Source: Selaginella moellendorffii
Taxonomy: Eukaryota; Plantae; Lycopodiophyta
DNA: 64,000 bases
NCBI RefSeq assembly: GCF_000143415.4
Contig: NW_003314289.1
Location: 1,854,293-1,918,292, forward strand
Reading direction: 5' to 3'
Part shown: one piece after another, positions 11,460 through 24,012 of the stretch
How the letters are laid out: each line of letters starts with the position of its first letter
How positions within the stretch are numbered: the first letter of the stretch is position 1
The notes under the pieces: model-generated
What the model was told of the DNA's origin: nothing
The model's database searches: none
The model's input: the letters and a program-made list of their open reading frames with translations, nothing else
Program-made: the position numbers and the translations under genes

Positions 11460-12050
11460 TTCCTTGGCACTGGTATTTATTTCTCTCAAGACTTTCCAGC
11501 TATGGCATTCATAGACTTGAAGCTAACATTTTTTTTAAATTTTGAAGCAGTGGTTTCTTGCGGATCTGTAGCGTGGATTTTGTTCATGAACAGTCTACTC
11601 CAGGTACTTGGAAAAATCTGTTTAAAACATGGCCCAGGTTTGTCTTTGCCCGGCTCTTCTCATGTTTTTCTGGATACAGCCTTGCCTCCAGCGAGGCCGG
11701 AACCAAGCAAATCGCCAAAGATTTTTCCTGTGGAAGATGGACGAATCGTTCTCATCGGGCGGCTTGTCCCCAACGTGCCAGCGGCGCTTTACAGTTAGCT
11801 TGTCCATCAGGTGATTAAAAATGCGTGTTTTTTAGACTTTAAGATTTTTTACTTTCTCCAAACAGTGCGGCGCAGAAGCGGTGATGGAGTATCTAGGCAA
11901 AGAAGTGGCAGAAAAGAGCGTGGAAAGCATTGCCTTCGTGACGCAATGCCCATGCTAGCTCGTTTTGCACAAGATTCCTGGATTTGGCCAGGAGGATCCA
12001 TGAAAGATCCGCTCGCGACACTCTCCCTCATGTTTGGCAACGAGAGCTTG
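11460..12050 (-). pseudogene. Degenerate inverted homolog of 6660-7275
   Basis: Shares the blocks listed for 6660-7275. In-frame stops in the aligned frame. Confidence 0.45.
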
Positions 12051-12491
12051 CCCAGTCGCATCGTCTCTTTTGACTCTGACGCTCGCACAAGGTGGCAAGT
12101 TCTCCTTTCTCTTCTTCTGCATACACTGTTGCTCGATTTGTATTGATGATCTTCCCTCCCTTTCTTTTTCTTTTTTTACTCCACAGGTGAATTCCATGCT
12201 CCTTTTCCTGCTGATGGATCTTTGCATCTTTGTCACAAATGCTCAACGATTCGCCGACCTGGACAAGCCTATCAACGAGTACATGTATACATCTTTGGAC
12301 TGGCGCACTTTTGTTTCACTTGAGCAAGTGGACCGGCAATCAATCGGGCCGCCGACTTTTTCATTCTTTATAAACGACGAACAAGCAAGCCAGTGGCCAG
12401 GCCATCCACGTAAAGGAACGAGTATATGGACACAACGAACGAACGCGGAAGAAAGGAAGAGAGAACGGAAAGCCAAATCGATCCCTCTCTC

Positions 12492-14388
12492 TTACGGTAT
12501 GGGGGCGCTGATGGTACGTCTCAGCTTGGAGCTGCGTAGCTCCGCCGGAGGCTTTGGAAGAATGTAAGGCGCTATCAATGAACTTAGGAGCGCTACCACG
12601 GCGGACAGAGTGAATGCCGGCATGTCACCACCTCCAAACAGCGTATCCCAGGGACCAATGAAAATCGAAGTGAGGAACTGCGAGAACACACAGACAAGAG
12701 AAATTAGCACGAGGTTTGTGGCACTTTTTTATTTTCTTTTGCTTTCGGCATACGGACTGACCTGTGGGATCACAATAGCTAGATTGAGTACTCCAACGTA
12801 CAAGCCTGCGTGCATCGAATGGAAAATTTACGTCTCGCAAGGAATGCATTCGATCAAACAAAGACGTGACAAGTTGGATGATCACGTACCTTGACCCCCA
12901 CCGGAGGAACCGGCCACCGCTGCCGTGAGCGCAAAGGGAATGCTGTAAGTCACCTGGCGGCCAAGGAAAGAGGTGAGCGACTTCCCAAAAGGACAAGCAA
13001 GAGCCTTCACTCACCGCGAGAGGAGCTCCCAGCACAGTGAAGAAGAGCAGCGAAGCAATCTGGACTCCCAGCGATGGCCGGCCAACAGGGGCGTTCTTCA
13101 TGACGATCGAGACAGCAACCGCGGTGGAGAAGCAGGCAGCCATGATGAAGTTGGCGATGGACCAGACGTTCTTGGCTTTGAACTTCCGGCACAGGGGCTC
13201 CATCACCACCGAGGCCAGGCCCAGGACAATGGAGTTGAGCATGAGGCCGAAGGATCCAAGTCGGACTCCCCTGTCATACTGCTTCGCCGTCTTGGAGCTC
13301 GGCTCGCCTTTGAAGACCTCTCTCCCCATCCAGTCGGTGTTGAAGAGCCAGAAGGGATACCACGAGATCCAAGTCATGGCAGTGACGAGCAGGATACACC
13401 ACATTTCTCTCGGCAAGTGGCGGACAGTTCCAATCAGCTCCCAGAAGAAGGCCTCGTTCTTCTCGAGTGGAGGCTCCCCCTCCTCCTCTGCGCCCTGCTC
13501 ACCCTGTTCTCCGTTGACGGAGCTAGCGTGAGCCGGATCTTGCAAGAGTGGTGCTCGAGAATTGGAGGATAGTGGCGACCAGGGGACCTCGTCGGCTGCG
13601 GTGATGCTCAGAACTGTGGTGATCACCAAGAGCAGCACGTCAATGATGAAAGCCGACTTGAGATTCGCGCAGGACTTGTCGCAAGCCTCGGATCTCGTGA
13701 AGGGGAATACCTTTGGCCAGTTGGAGTAAGAACCGGCAGCGTATCCCAGCACATTGCCGATGGAGAGAAAGAGCGAGAAGAAAGCGTTCGCTCGTCTCGT
13801 CCTGCGGTAGTCCTTCCCTGCGAGTGTGGAAGAGTTATGCTCTGTTCTAGGATGTGGACGAGCGTAAAAAAAGCCTTGGATCTACGTATCCTTTTGCTTA
13901 CCCGATAGATCGGCCAGGAGAGCCCGGCACGGCCCCTGGAGCGTGTTGTTGGCCAGATCGAGGAGCCAGAAGCCAATCACGAAGAACACAATCGCGCGAG
14001 GGCGATGGTGCTTGTTATCGCCCAGCAAGAAACCCAGATCGGCCGCGAAGCAAATGACGAAGATGGCCAGCACCACGAAGATCGCGCCGCCGAGGATGAA
14101 TGGCCGACGCCTCCCCCATTTCAGCTGGCATCGATCGCTGTAGTAGCCGGCGATGGGCTGGACGAACATCCCCGAGATTGGGCCGCACAGCCAGATGTAG
14201 CCGGCGTACTCGTGAGGAATCCCCAGCTCCTGGACGTAGGGCGTCAGCAGCGATGTCTGGAGAGCCCAGCCGAACTGGACGCCCAGCGCTACTGATGCTA
14301 CGCGAGCTAATCCCCGCAGGGGAACCCTCTTGGGCGTGGGCGTGGGCGGCCCATCCGGCACGGCGATCGCCGCCGCCTCGCTCCCCAT
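12492..14388 (-). CDS. SUT: Sucrose/H+ symporter (SUT/SUC family), about 5 exons
   Basis: [48 protein letters not shown]; [20 protein letters not shown]; TDWMGREV; [15 protein letters not shown]. Confidence 0.95.
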
Positions 14389-14724
14389 TCCGATCGATCC
14401 TCCACACCCCCGCTAGATCTTTCCCCTCGCTAGATCTTTCCCCTCTCCTCGCCTTTCTAGTCCCTCTCCTCTTGCGTCTCTCACTCAGCTGCTACCCATG
14501 ATGGAATGTAAGAGCCCTAGTGGAATATTCGACTTGAAATTTCGAAAAGCTTGGGGGCGCCACTGCCACGTCGGATACACAATATCATCCACGTGGCAGG
14601 GCTGTAGCCACACGTCGGATGCCCACGGTTAGAAGTGAGCGTGACAAGCTGAACTGTCGCCAACGTGGAGCCCTTTTTTTTTTTTGAGATATTTTTCTTG
14701 GATTTTAGCCCAACCATTTGCACG

Positions 14725-17700
14725 CTATTTCTTGAGACCCCTGTAGAGCTCATCGATCGTTTCCTGTCACACAAGAAAAATCTCTCGTCACGATTTGATC
14801 GATCCATACATCTTGCAGCAGCAAATAATGCAATGTGAGAGCGAACAAAACTGACCCTGTAGAAGTTGAGAAGCTGCGGCCGCTTCTTCTTGAAGGTTGG
14901 CGTGATCAAATCCCTCTCAGTGTCGAATGGGAGCTTCTCGAGGTGAACTGCCTTGATGAACTCAAAGCCTTTCAACTGCAAGAAAGAGAATACAAGATAA
15001 GATTGATTAACGCAAGGAAACAACATGAAAAGAAAATGCGAAGATGACGCTACCTTGTTGTTCTTGGCAGTGCGGCTTAGCTCATCCATGATGAACGCTT
15101 TTGCCTTGGGAGAAGTGTAGAGGTCGTCTCCCTTGACATCGTTTTCCTTGGCCCAAGCATCGAGCGCTGCCTCGTTCGGGATAACAACGGCGACCAAGAA
15201 AGATTCGAAGCTGTTCCCATATATCCATATCTGGATCGAAAGATCAGCAGTTAATATTGGCAATCTCGATGCTCGCATGGCAACTAACCGAATCGAAGGT
15301 CGGGCATTGGCCGTAGATGTTTTCCAAGTTCTCTACAGCGACGTATTCGCCTTGCGAGAGTTTGAAAATGTTCTTCTTCCTGTCTATGATTTTCAAGGCT
15401 CCGTTTGGTAGCCACTCTCCGATATCTCCTATAAAAACCTCGTTCAGTAAGAACCACGTAGCAAGTTTCTTTTGAGTCCCTACCCGTGTGGAACCAGCCG
15501 TCAATCATGCATTCCGCAGTTAGATCTTCCCGTTTGTAGTATCCAGAGAACAGTGTCTTTCCCCGGATGCAAACCTCTCCTTTAGGTGTCTCGGCAAGTG
15601 CATCGTAGTTCATCTCTGGAACAGACTGCAGACAAACCTCAATCACAGGAATGGGAGGGCCGACTGTTCCGTGCATCGAGTAGACATCAGGAATGGAGAT
15701 GAAGCTGGCCGCGCAAGTCTCGGTTAACCCTGAAAGCTACACATTAGCGATAGCACGTCACAGGTGCTTTCCTTACCGTAGCCTTGTGTCATGCGAGCAC
15801 AAGAGGCCACCCTCAGAAATTCCTCTACATGATCTGCCAGGGGTGCGGCACCGGAAATCAATAGTCGAGCACGACCTCCCAGCCTTTGTTTCACCTGCCA
15901 CAGATGGCGTGATTAACAAAGAACAACAAAGTGCAACAGTAAATTACCTTGCTGAAAACAAGAACATCTGCCATTGGAGATGCCTTTTCTTGTTTGAATC
16001 CCATTTTCATATATCCCAGCTTCCTGTATGCATTCTCAATCTTCTAGAAACTAGGAAAGGTAACTACTCACCGCCTATAAGCAAAGTCAAATATTGCCTG
16101 TCGGTATGCGGGTGCTTCTGCAAGCTTTGCTTTTGCTCCTGACAGAAAGAAAACGTAAGAACTCTCTCGTAAATAACACTAGCAGTATACAAACCAGCGT
16201 AAACACGATCAAAAACTCGAGGAACTCCAGCAAATAACGTGGGTTTTAGCTCTTGAATGTCGTCTGATATGTACTTGACGTCCTGAAAGTCACACAAATG
16301 CTTGAGCTCAAGTTCTTTATCACAGAATCCTTACCCCCTGAAAAAATCCAATTGCAGCACCATTGTAGATAAAGAATTCCTCAACAGCGCGATCAAAAAT
16401 GTGGGCAAGGGGAAGATAAGACAAATACACATCTGACGCATCAACCTACACAAGGAGACAATTGCTGTAGAAGGAAACAAAAAACCTTTACGTAAAACTT
16501 CCACATATACCTTCTCGTTTTTCACTTTGAGGTAGTAATCGATGCCTGCTATCGCTGTCACAATACTTTCGTTCGATAGCAAAACGCCCTTGGGTTCTCC
16601 GGTCGTGCCGCTTGTGTACATGATGGTGCATATATCTTCCGGTTTTGGAGGCTCGAAGTTCACGGGGTTCGTTTTTCCCTGCGTTTACGCTGTTAGTCAA
16701 TGAAACGACACTTCACACGTAAATTCTCACCAAATTCAAAAACTCATCCCAAGAATACGCCGCTGCCCCAGCACTCTTGACTTGTTCTTTATCGCTATCA
16801 GCCATCACGCCAAAGCTGACAAGAGCTGCCGAAAAAATCTAAGGCGATAAGACAATAGATGCTGCCAATTAAAATACTCACTCTTGACATACTTCGAGCA
16901 CTTCGGTAAAGCGCGCAGAACCTGCCATATTCACAAACAAATGCGGTTAAGAGAATTCTTCAACTTGAAGACACCGTGTGTGACTTACAGCTGGTATTTT
17001 ATCAGCGTGTGCAAACACGATACTAACTTCAGCGTGTCCAACAATGAACTCCACAGCATCATCTCCTGAAAGACGGCCGAGTTATAATTCAAAGCGAAAG
17101 GCTTCGCGGAACCGAAAAATCAAGACCCAAGCTCTAGCTCATACGTACCGAGAGTGTCATATAGAGGAACAGCATAGATACTGTGGCCATTACATGCCTG
17201 CAAAGAAGAGGAAAGAAAATAAATGAATCCCGGATCCATAAGACCATCCTTGGAGCATACCTGGAGTGTGATCATCCATGCAGGACAGTTTATTCCATAG
17301 ATACCACAGCGACCTTTCTGGAACACCAAATTTAAGTTAAGCGTCGAGAATAGAAGAAACGCGTGAGATCGATCACTCTCGTACCGGCCCGACGCCCAGA
17401 GTCCGCATTGCAGATCCAATGTAGAGAACCTGATTGTAAACTTCCTGATACGTTTGCCACACGTACTTCCCTACCTAGAAAGAACAATTTAGAAAGAGGC
17501 CTTCTTAACGGAGCGAATGGCACTGTAGACACAGGGACCGAGAGAGAAATCTCACCTTCCCGGCGACAATCGGGCGATGGCCGAGCATTCTAGCGTTGGG
17601 CGAGGTCTTGACCGTGTTGCTGGACCAAGAACCGCGAGAGCGTGAGAATCGATCGAAATGCCGCCGTAATATCATACCTGAAGAGCTCCCAGCACGTCCT

Positions 17701-17829
17701 GGCGCCCTCGGGAGCTTCGACGAGCCCGTCCTTGGCGTAGACGCTCCGGTACACAGGCCCCATGGACGCCGATCCATCGCGCTTGGCCTCCTCGACCTTG
17801 ACGATGTAGCAATCGAGCACCTCCTCCAT
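14725..17829 (-). CDS. LACS: Long-chain acyl-CoA synthetase, many short exons
   Basis: AMP-binding motif [15 protein letters not shown]; GPVYRS; [16 protein letters not shown]; [36 protein letters not shown]; [11 protein letters not shown]. Confidence 0.95.
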
Positions 17830-18205
17830 CGCAGCGCGGCGCAGCTCAGCGCGATCTAAAAGCCCTAGCCTTGGCGCTCCCCGTCACGCTTACTCTTCTC
17901 CCTCCCTCCTCTCTCTCTCTCTATCCTAGGTAGCTCCTATATAGTCCCTGCCACGCCAGCACGCCACGTCGGACGGGAATTGACTCGCGGTCACAGACAG
18001 CTCAGTGGTCATTCAATGCAAAGTAGCAAAGTAGCAAATGCCTCTACTTTTTTAGGTGAGATCCCTGGCGAGCTATCAATGAATCCATGATCCCAGGACG
18101 ATGTCCCTGTTTTGCTCTTGGTTTCATTCCTCAAGAACAAACCAAATTCGTGGAGATCGCTCTCGCGGTTGCTCGAAGATCGTCAACGCAGCTCGCTCGC
18201 CTTTG

Positions 18206-20942
18206 TCAAAAGAACGCAGCCTCATCTTCTTCGCAGCGTTGTTGTCCCAGCAAATGGGACCGCGCAAAGTCGTCGCCACCACCATCGCCGGCACGACTTC
18301 CAACCAAAACTCTGTAATCGTTTCCTTCGTCATCATCCTCTTCTTCTTGCTCTTGCCTGTCGAAAACCAGCCTCAGCATCAGCTCCACCTTTGTCTTCAT
18401 CCAGCCTTTGCTGACGACTCTTGTCTTGTTGTAGGAATGCTTCTTCTTCCTTGCGTGATCGTCACTTCGTGCCGGGGCAAAGTCTTCAATTCCTCCTACC
18501 AATCCTGTCCTGGCTCTGAAACCACGTCTCAATTCCAACAGATGGTGTTTTAGCCGAAAATCGTCATCGTAGTAGAGAGACTCCTGCAAACCGAAACCTG
18601 GACCTGGAGCCCAGAGGTATTTACCTTGTTCTACGTCCGCTCTTATAGAGTCACCACCGTCACAAGCACCACCACCATCGCCACCACCGTCACCATCACC
18701 ACCACCATCACCTTCACTTTCGATAGTAGCAATAGCAGCAGTAGTAGCAGGAGTGTTCAGCAACAGCTGAGTTCCTTCCAAATCTTTGAGTAATCTGGTT
18801 GTCGTCTCTTTCAGCTGAGAAATCTTCCCGGTTAGACTGCTCGGCCGAGGTGATGCGGTGACGCTGGTTTCCAGCCTCTTGTCCTCCCTCCCTTGCTGCG
18901 GCGTGGCAACGCTTAATGAATCGCTGCTCTCGTTGTCACTGAGGATCTGGTTGGTTCCTCCCGAGTCAGCATTGCAATTGGAGTTCGGACCAGCTTCTTC
19001 AACTTGCACCTCGTCCCGCTCACGATCCGCTGTTGATGACAGCTCCAGGCCCTGCTGCTGCTGCTCCGACTTACATTTGTGCTCAGGGACCACACTCTGG
19101 AGCGGCGTCAGGACGATGCGTCCTTTCTGCTTGGTTTGAAGTTTCCATACGTGCCGCTCGGAAGAACTCCCTTGGAAATCACTTGTTCCCAGCGTTCTGA
19201 ACTGCAATGCTTCCAACTCAACGAACTCCCCTTCGTCTTCCCGTCCTCCCACTTCATCGTCCGCCGGTTGGTCTTCTGCTTGCGCAAAACCAGCTCCCGC
19301 CGGGGACAATGGCAGGCTCGTCTTTGACGCAGCCTGCTTAGCTTTCGGGCTCCGTTGGGGCTTGCTCAACTGCACGCCTTGAGCAGAAACTTTGGATGAT
19401 TTCAGCTGGCTGACCAGGTCCTTGAGCCTCTTCTGCGCCTCCAGTCTCTGCTTCTGTTCGTGCTTGACGTCATGTGCTCTTGCATCAGCAAGCTTGCTGA
19501 GCCTCACCACTTGCCTCTCCAGACTCTCCACTTCGACCACACTTCTCTTCTCGGCCTCCTGCCGCCGACACCGCTCTTGCTTGATTTCATCGGCCTTCCG
19601 GAGGTTTATTTTCCGCAGCTGCAAAACCTGCTTCTCCAGATTTTTCACGAGCACGTAATACCGATTCTCAGCCTCGTTCCGCCGCCTCTTCTCTAGCTTT
19701 ACAAGCTGCGTCTTCTCTGTGCACAGCTTCTTCAGGTGAAACACCTGCCTTCCCAGGTTCTCAATCTTGAAGTGAGCTTTGTTGTCTAGTTCAAAGCTCT
19801 TCTGAGAACCGTGCCTTTTGGTAGTCGATCTTGAAACACTCCTCGAGACTTTGGCCGACTTGAAACGGGGCTTTGGATAGTCACTCCACGTTTCACTAGA
19901 AACGTCCCTGTCCTCTACTTGTGGCACCCTACCACCCCGGTGTTGCAGCTCCAACTTGTTCCTCAAGTCAGCCAAATGCCGTTCCCTGACGTCGGATGCC
20001 TCGGAGTTCAGGCTGAAAATCTCTTCTGTGAGCTTCGCAGTGTCGTAAACTCGCCTAGACTCTCCCGAGTTTGCTTCAGGAGCGCTTTCAAAGGCAGCAC
20101 TGCTGCTGCTCTTGTTTGCTCCTCCCCTCTTCTTCTTCACGTCGGAAAAGCTGAGCCTCCGCAACACTTTCGCCAAGCTCCAGCTTCCGAGCTTCCCTTC
20201 CGACTTGTAGTTGGACCACTCCGAGTTGAGCTCCTTAAACATGTTGGCAGCCTTGCAGGAACTCTTCTTTGCGTCTCCTTCATACTCTACATTGTCCCAG
20301 GAGACTCTAAATCCTTCCACCGCCGCCGTGGGAGTGGGACTCGCTTGAGCGGAGCTCCATCCATCCGACGCACAGCTCTGTGGAGGGGGTGAGGAACAAA
20401 ATCCCTGCGCAGCTCCCGCAGCTAGAGCCTTGAGCGTGGCCTCGATATGAAGCCTTTCCTGCTGCTCAAACTCCAGCTTGGCTTCCAAGCTCGTCCAGTG
20501 CTTGTGCTGCTCATCCAAATCCTGGAAGAGCATACTGATTTGCTCAGAGAGCTCCTCGACTTTGCCCGCTTGCTGCGCACACGCCAAGCGTAGCGATAGC
20601 GCCTGGTTCTCCGCCACTAGTCGGCTCTCCTCTTCCAGCTGCAAATTCTCTTGCAGCCAGTTGATTCGCGCGATCAGCTGCCGGGCTTGGGACTCAAACT
20701 GCTCGCGAAGAACCCCCGCTTCGTCTAAATCTCCTTGCTTCCCTTGATCTTCCTCCGGCGATGCGATCGCGCTGGTCGCAGCCGCCGCGCACAAGAACCG
20801 GCTCACAGCTCCCGATTCACTCGATTCCTTGGCCTCGCTGTCGCAAGGGAGAATCTCGGCAAGTCCTGCGCGCGAGATTTCACAATGCTGCTGCTATTCG
20901 ATGCGCAATCGATCGGCGCTTACCTCTCTGTCCAGCACCCAT
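18206..20942 (-). CDS. Large coiled-coil protein of unknown function (about 890 aa); exon 1 20942-20924, exon 2 20865-18206
   Basis: 866-aa ORF. ATG GGT GCT GGA CAG AGA G|GTAAGC...GCGCAG|GA joins in frame through a 58-nt intron. Heptad-rich segments and three 39-aa repeats. Confidence 0.75.
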
Positions 20943-21105
20943 AGAATCGATCCTCTCGCAGTGTGCGCGCTCGCGTGGATCATCCGTCCCCTCCCCTCCC
21001 AACTGCCGGGAGCCCTAGACAAAAAAAAACTCACATCCCAACGTTTCATTGTCCACGTCACTGCCAACATGGCATAAAGTAATAGACTATCTTGCGCGAA
21101 GAACC

Positions 21106-21735
21106 CTAATCGGCGATCTTCTCTGGCTTCTCGTCTTCCACGGGAGCTGACACGCCATCGCCATCGCCATCGCCATCGCCATCGCCAATTGCTTTCTTGA
21201 TCTCCCCCACCTTGATGTACTTGGAGGAGAATTTGTACTCCCAATCCGACAGCGCTTCCAGCTCATAGGGGCTGAGGCCATCGAGATTCCCGTTCAAGTC
21301 CTCGGGCTCGAACGACATCTTGGCCAGCGCCCGGCTCGCATCCTTCCCGGCGAAGAGCTCGTAAGGCCCGCCCGGCCCATAGAAAACCCTGAAATCTCCC
21401 AAAGATCACACCAGTGGCACAAACGAAATGGGGAAGAATCTCTTCTACCTGGACATGGAGACGTCATAGATTTGGCCCTTGATGGCCATGAGCAGCGGCT
21501 TGGAGTCATCCTTGCCATCGTAGGCGCTGAGCTCCTCTTCCGTGACCTCGCCCAGCTGCTTGGGCGGGGGCGGGGGCTCGCGCGGGGCAAAGGCGGGCGG
21601 GGGAGGAGGAGCAAACCAGGAGCTGACGACAAGCCATAGCGCCACGCCCAGCGCCAGCACTGTGAAGAATGCGGTGGGCGAGAGGCCAGTGTAGGCCGGG
21701 ATGGCATCCAGCAAATCGTTCGCAATGTTCATCAT
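21106..21735 (-). CDS. MSBP: Membrane steroid-binding protein (cytochrome b5-like, MAPR/PGRMC family), 2 exons
   Basis: N-terminal TM segment; LGEVTEEELSAYDGKDDSKPLLMAIKGQIYDVS; FYGPGGPYELFAGKDASRALAKMSF; WEYKFSSKYIKVG. Confidence 0.95.
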
Positions 21736-21959
21736 CCTCCCCTCTTTCTTTCTTCTCTCTTTTTTCTCTACGCCCTAAACCTCGCGCTTCTTTGACATTA
21801 TCAAAGCACCAAACTGTCAAAGCGAGACCATGCAAGCCCATATTTATAGACTAGGAGATGTGGAAAACTAAATCGATCCTCCAAGAAACAATGGGAATGG
21901 ACTTCCAAAGGCTTTGTTTTTTCTCGAAAGAAGAATCCATTGGAAACTTAACTGGGCGA

Positions 21960-23167
21960 TTACTCTTCCATAGCTTCTCCCTCACTGACGTCCACTCTGT
22001 CGCGGAGGGGGACGATCTTCGTCGAGAGAATCGCTGCAAAGAAGATGGTGACAAGCCAAAGGTCGGTGGCGAAGATAGAAAAAGAAGAAATACTCACGGG
22101 TGTGGCCCCTCTTGAAAGTATAGCCTTTGGTAATGACCCTTTGATTCGGCGTCATGTGGTTCCTCAAGTATTCTTTCCCAGCCTAAACCAGAAAAGCGAG
22201 CTTTCGAGAGAAAAGAAGAACGCATTTGGATACCTTTGTGATCACACATAAATCGACGTTGCTTCCACTGCCCAAGTCATTGAAAATTCCAGCACAGATT
22301 GCGTCACTGACGAGGCTCATCCCTTCTTCCTTCTGATGAGACGAAACAAGCAAGTAAGCAATCACCAATCAAGTCTATTCAGCTGAGCTCACCGTCATCT
22401 TTTCTCTGAAGCCAGCTTCGAAAACCGACATGGCAGCAAGAGAGCCGGATCCCATCGTCGCAAATGGCAGAGTATCCGTCGATCCATGGGGATAAACCTG
22501 AGCCTCTCGAAAATCAAACCACATCGCAGGCAAGCTAGCAACTCACAGTGTGTAGGTGAGGACCGGATACATCAAATCCACCGAGCACTAGAGCAGCGCT
22601 TACGTGACCTTGGTAGCTTCAAGGAAAAGCAACTAGTAAAACACCACCCTTTGGAAAATCGAAAGCAAGTTACTTGAAGAGATGAGACTTTAGCATCGTC
22701 AGTGCTGTGATGACGCGTGATCCACGGCCGGTGGCATACCTGTGAAGCTCCAACTGTGTGCGTACCATGTCTGCGCAAAGAAAGTTTAGATCCAAGGAGC
22801 AAATTCTGGAAAAATGCGATGGATCTACGAGCTTACCAGTCACAGCCTCGGTGTCGGCAGCAGTCCCAGCCCCGCAGCAGTAAATATTGGGAGCCAAGTA
22901 GTGAATCTTCTCGCAGTTCTTGTCAGCTACAATGTCGCCCTCTGTAGCTCGTGTATCGGCTCCCAAGATCACGCCATCCTGGAGAGACCGATTGGAGATG
23001 GTTCTTCGAGGAATGCAATGCAATACCTGATAGACGAGGCCGACGATCGTGGTGCCGGTCTTCAAGTATCGATCGAGCTTGATGCCGGCCTTCTCCAGCA
23101 TCTGATTCCTCCGGCAGTTGCTGTAGTCGAAGCCGCCGAGCGCCGCGCCATCGCCCTGTGCCATCAT
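21960..23167 (-). CDS. PBB: 20S proteasome subunit beta-2 (PSMB7/PBB), multi-exon
   Basis: Propeptide cleavage site KTG|TTIVG; [33 protein letters not shown]; [18 protein letters not shown]; ends GEAMEE*. Confidence 0.95.
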
Positions 23168-23169
23168 AG

Positions 23170-23355
23170 AGTAAACCCTAGGGTAGCGCCGAGCGAATAT
23201 GCCGCCAATGACGTGGCTTAAGACCTTGCGACGTGGCACCGCGCGATTGGACTATATATTTTCTTGGGCGCCTTTGCACGGTTCTAGGGTTTTTTGTCCG
23301 CCATAGCCGAGCTCTCGCAAACCCTAGTCGCGCAGGAAGAAAAAACCCTAGCTGG
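23170..23355. promoter_or_regulatory. Bidirectional promoter between PBB and CPL with telo-box and G-box-like motifs
   Basis: AAACCCTAG at about 23173, 23318 and 23343. ACGTGGC at about 23211 and 23232. TATATAT at about 23253. Confidence 0.5.
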
Positions 23356-24012
23356 GTTTCTCTATTCGTCTCGTCTCAATCCCTCGCCAATCCATTACCG
23401 AAAGACACTGCAACTTCGTCTCGCTGCTCTCTTTGTCTCTCTTGTTGCGCCGCTTTTAGGGTTTGTGGATTCCACCGCGTAGTCGCAATAGCACTCGCAA
23501 TCGCAAGCACACAGACAGAGCGCCGCCTCGATTTCTCTCCAAACGAATGTTTTGATCTTTTTTTCTCCCTTTGTTCGTGCTCGAAAGAAACGACACACTC
23601 CTCCTGTGCTTAAACTGCGGGGGTGTGTTAAGCTTAAGTCAAGGAGATTTTACGTATATCAGTCGATCCATTCGTACCACCAGGGGAAAGTGGAGCAGCC
23701 ATTCAATCTCATCTCTCAAGAGCAGGCCAGCCGCAGCAAGAATCCAGGATCGATCAAATCAAAAGCAAACAAGAAGGAAGAGGAGAAGAACGAAGAAGAA
23801 GAAAATATTTTGCCAAACAAGACAACCCAAGCTCCCGATTCCTCACGCCCGGACATTGAAATCTGGAAATGTAGCATCGATTCGCCACCGCCATCGTCAT
23901 CGATTCGCGAATTCGCAGCTGCCCATCGGTAGGCCTCGATCTTGCTCTGCGGTGGTGCATGGTGACGAATTAGGGCCCGGGCAGTCGCGCAAGGAGAGAG
24001 ATCTTTCCTTTG

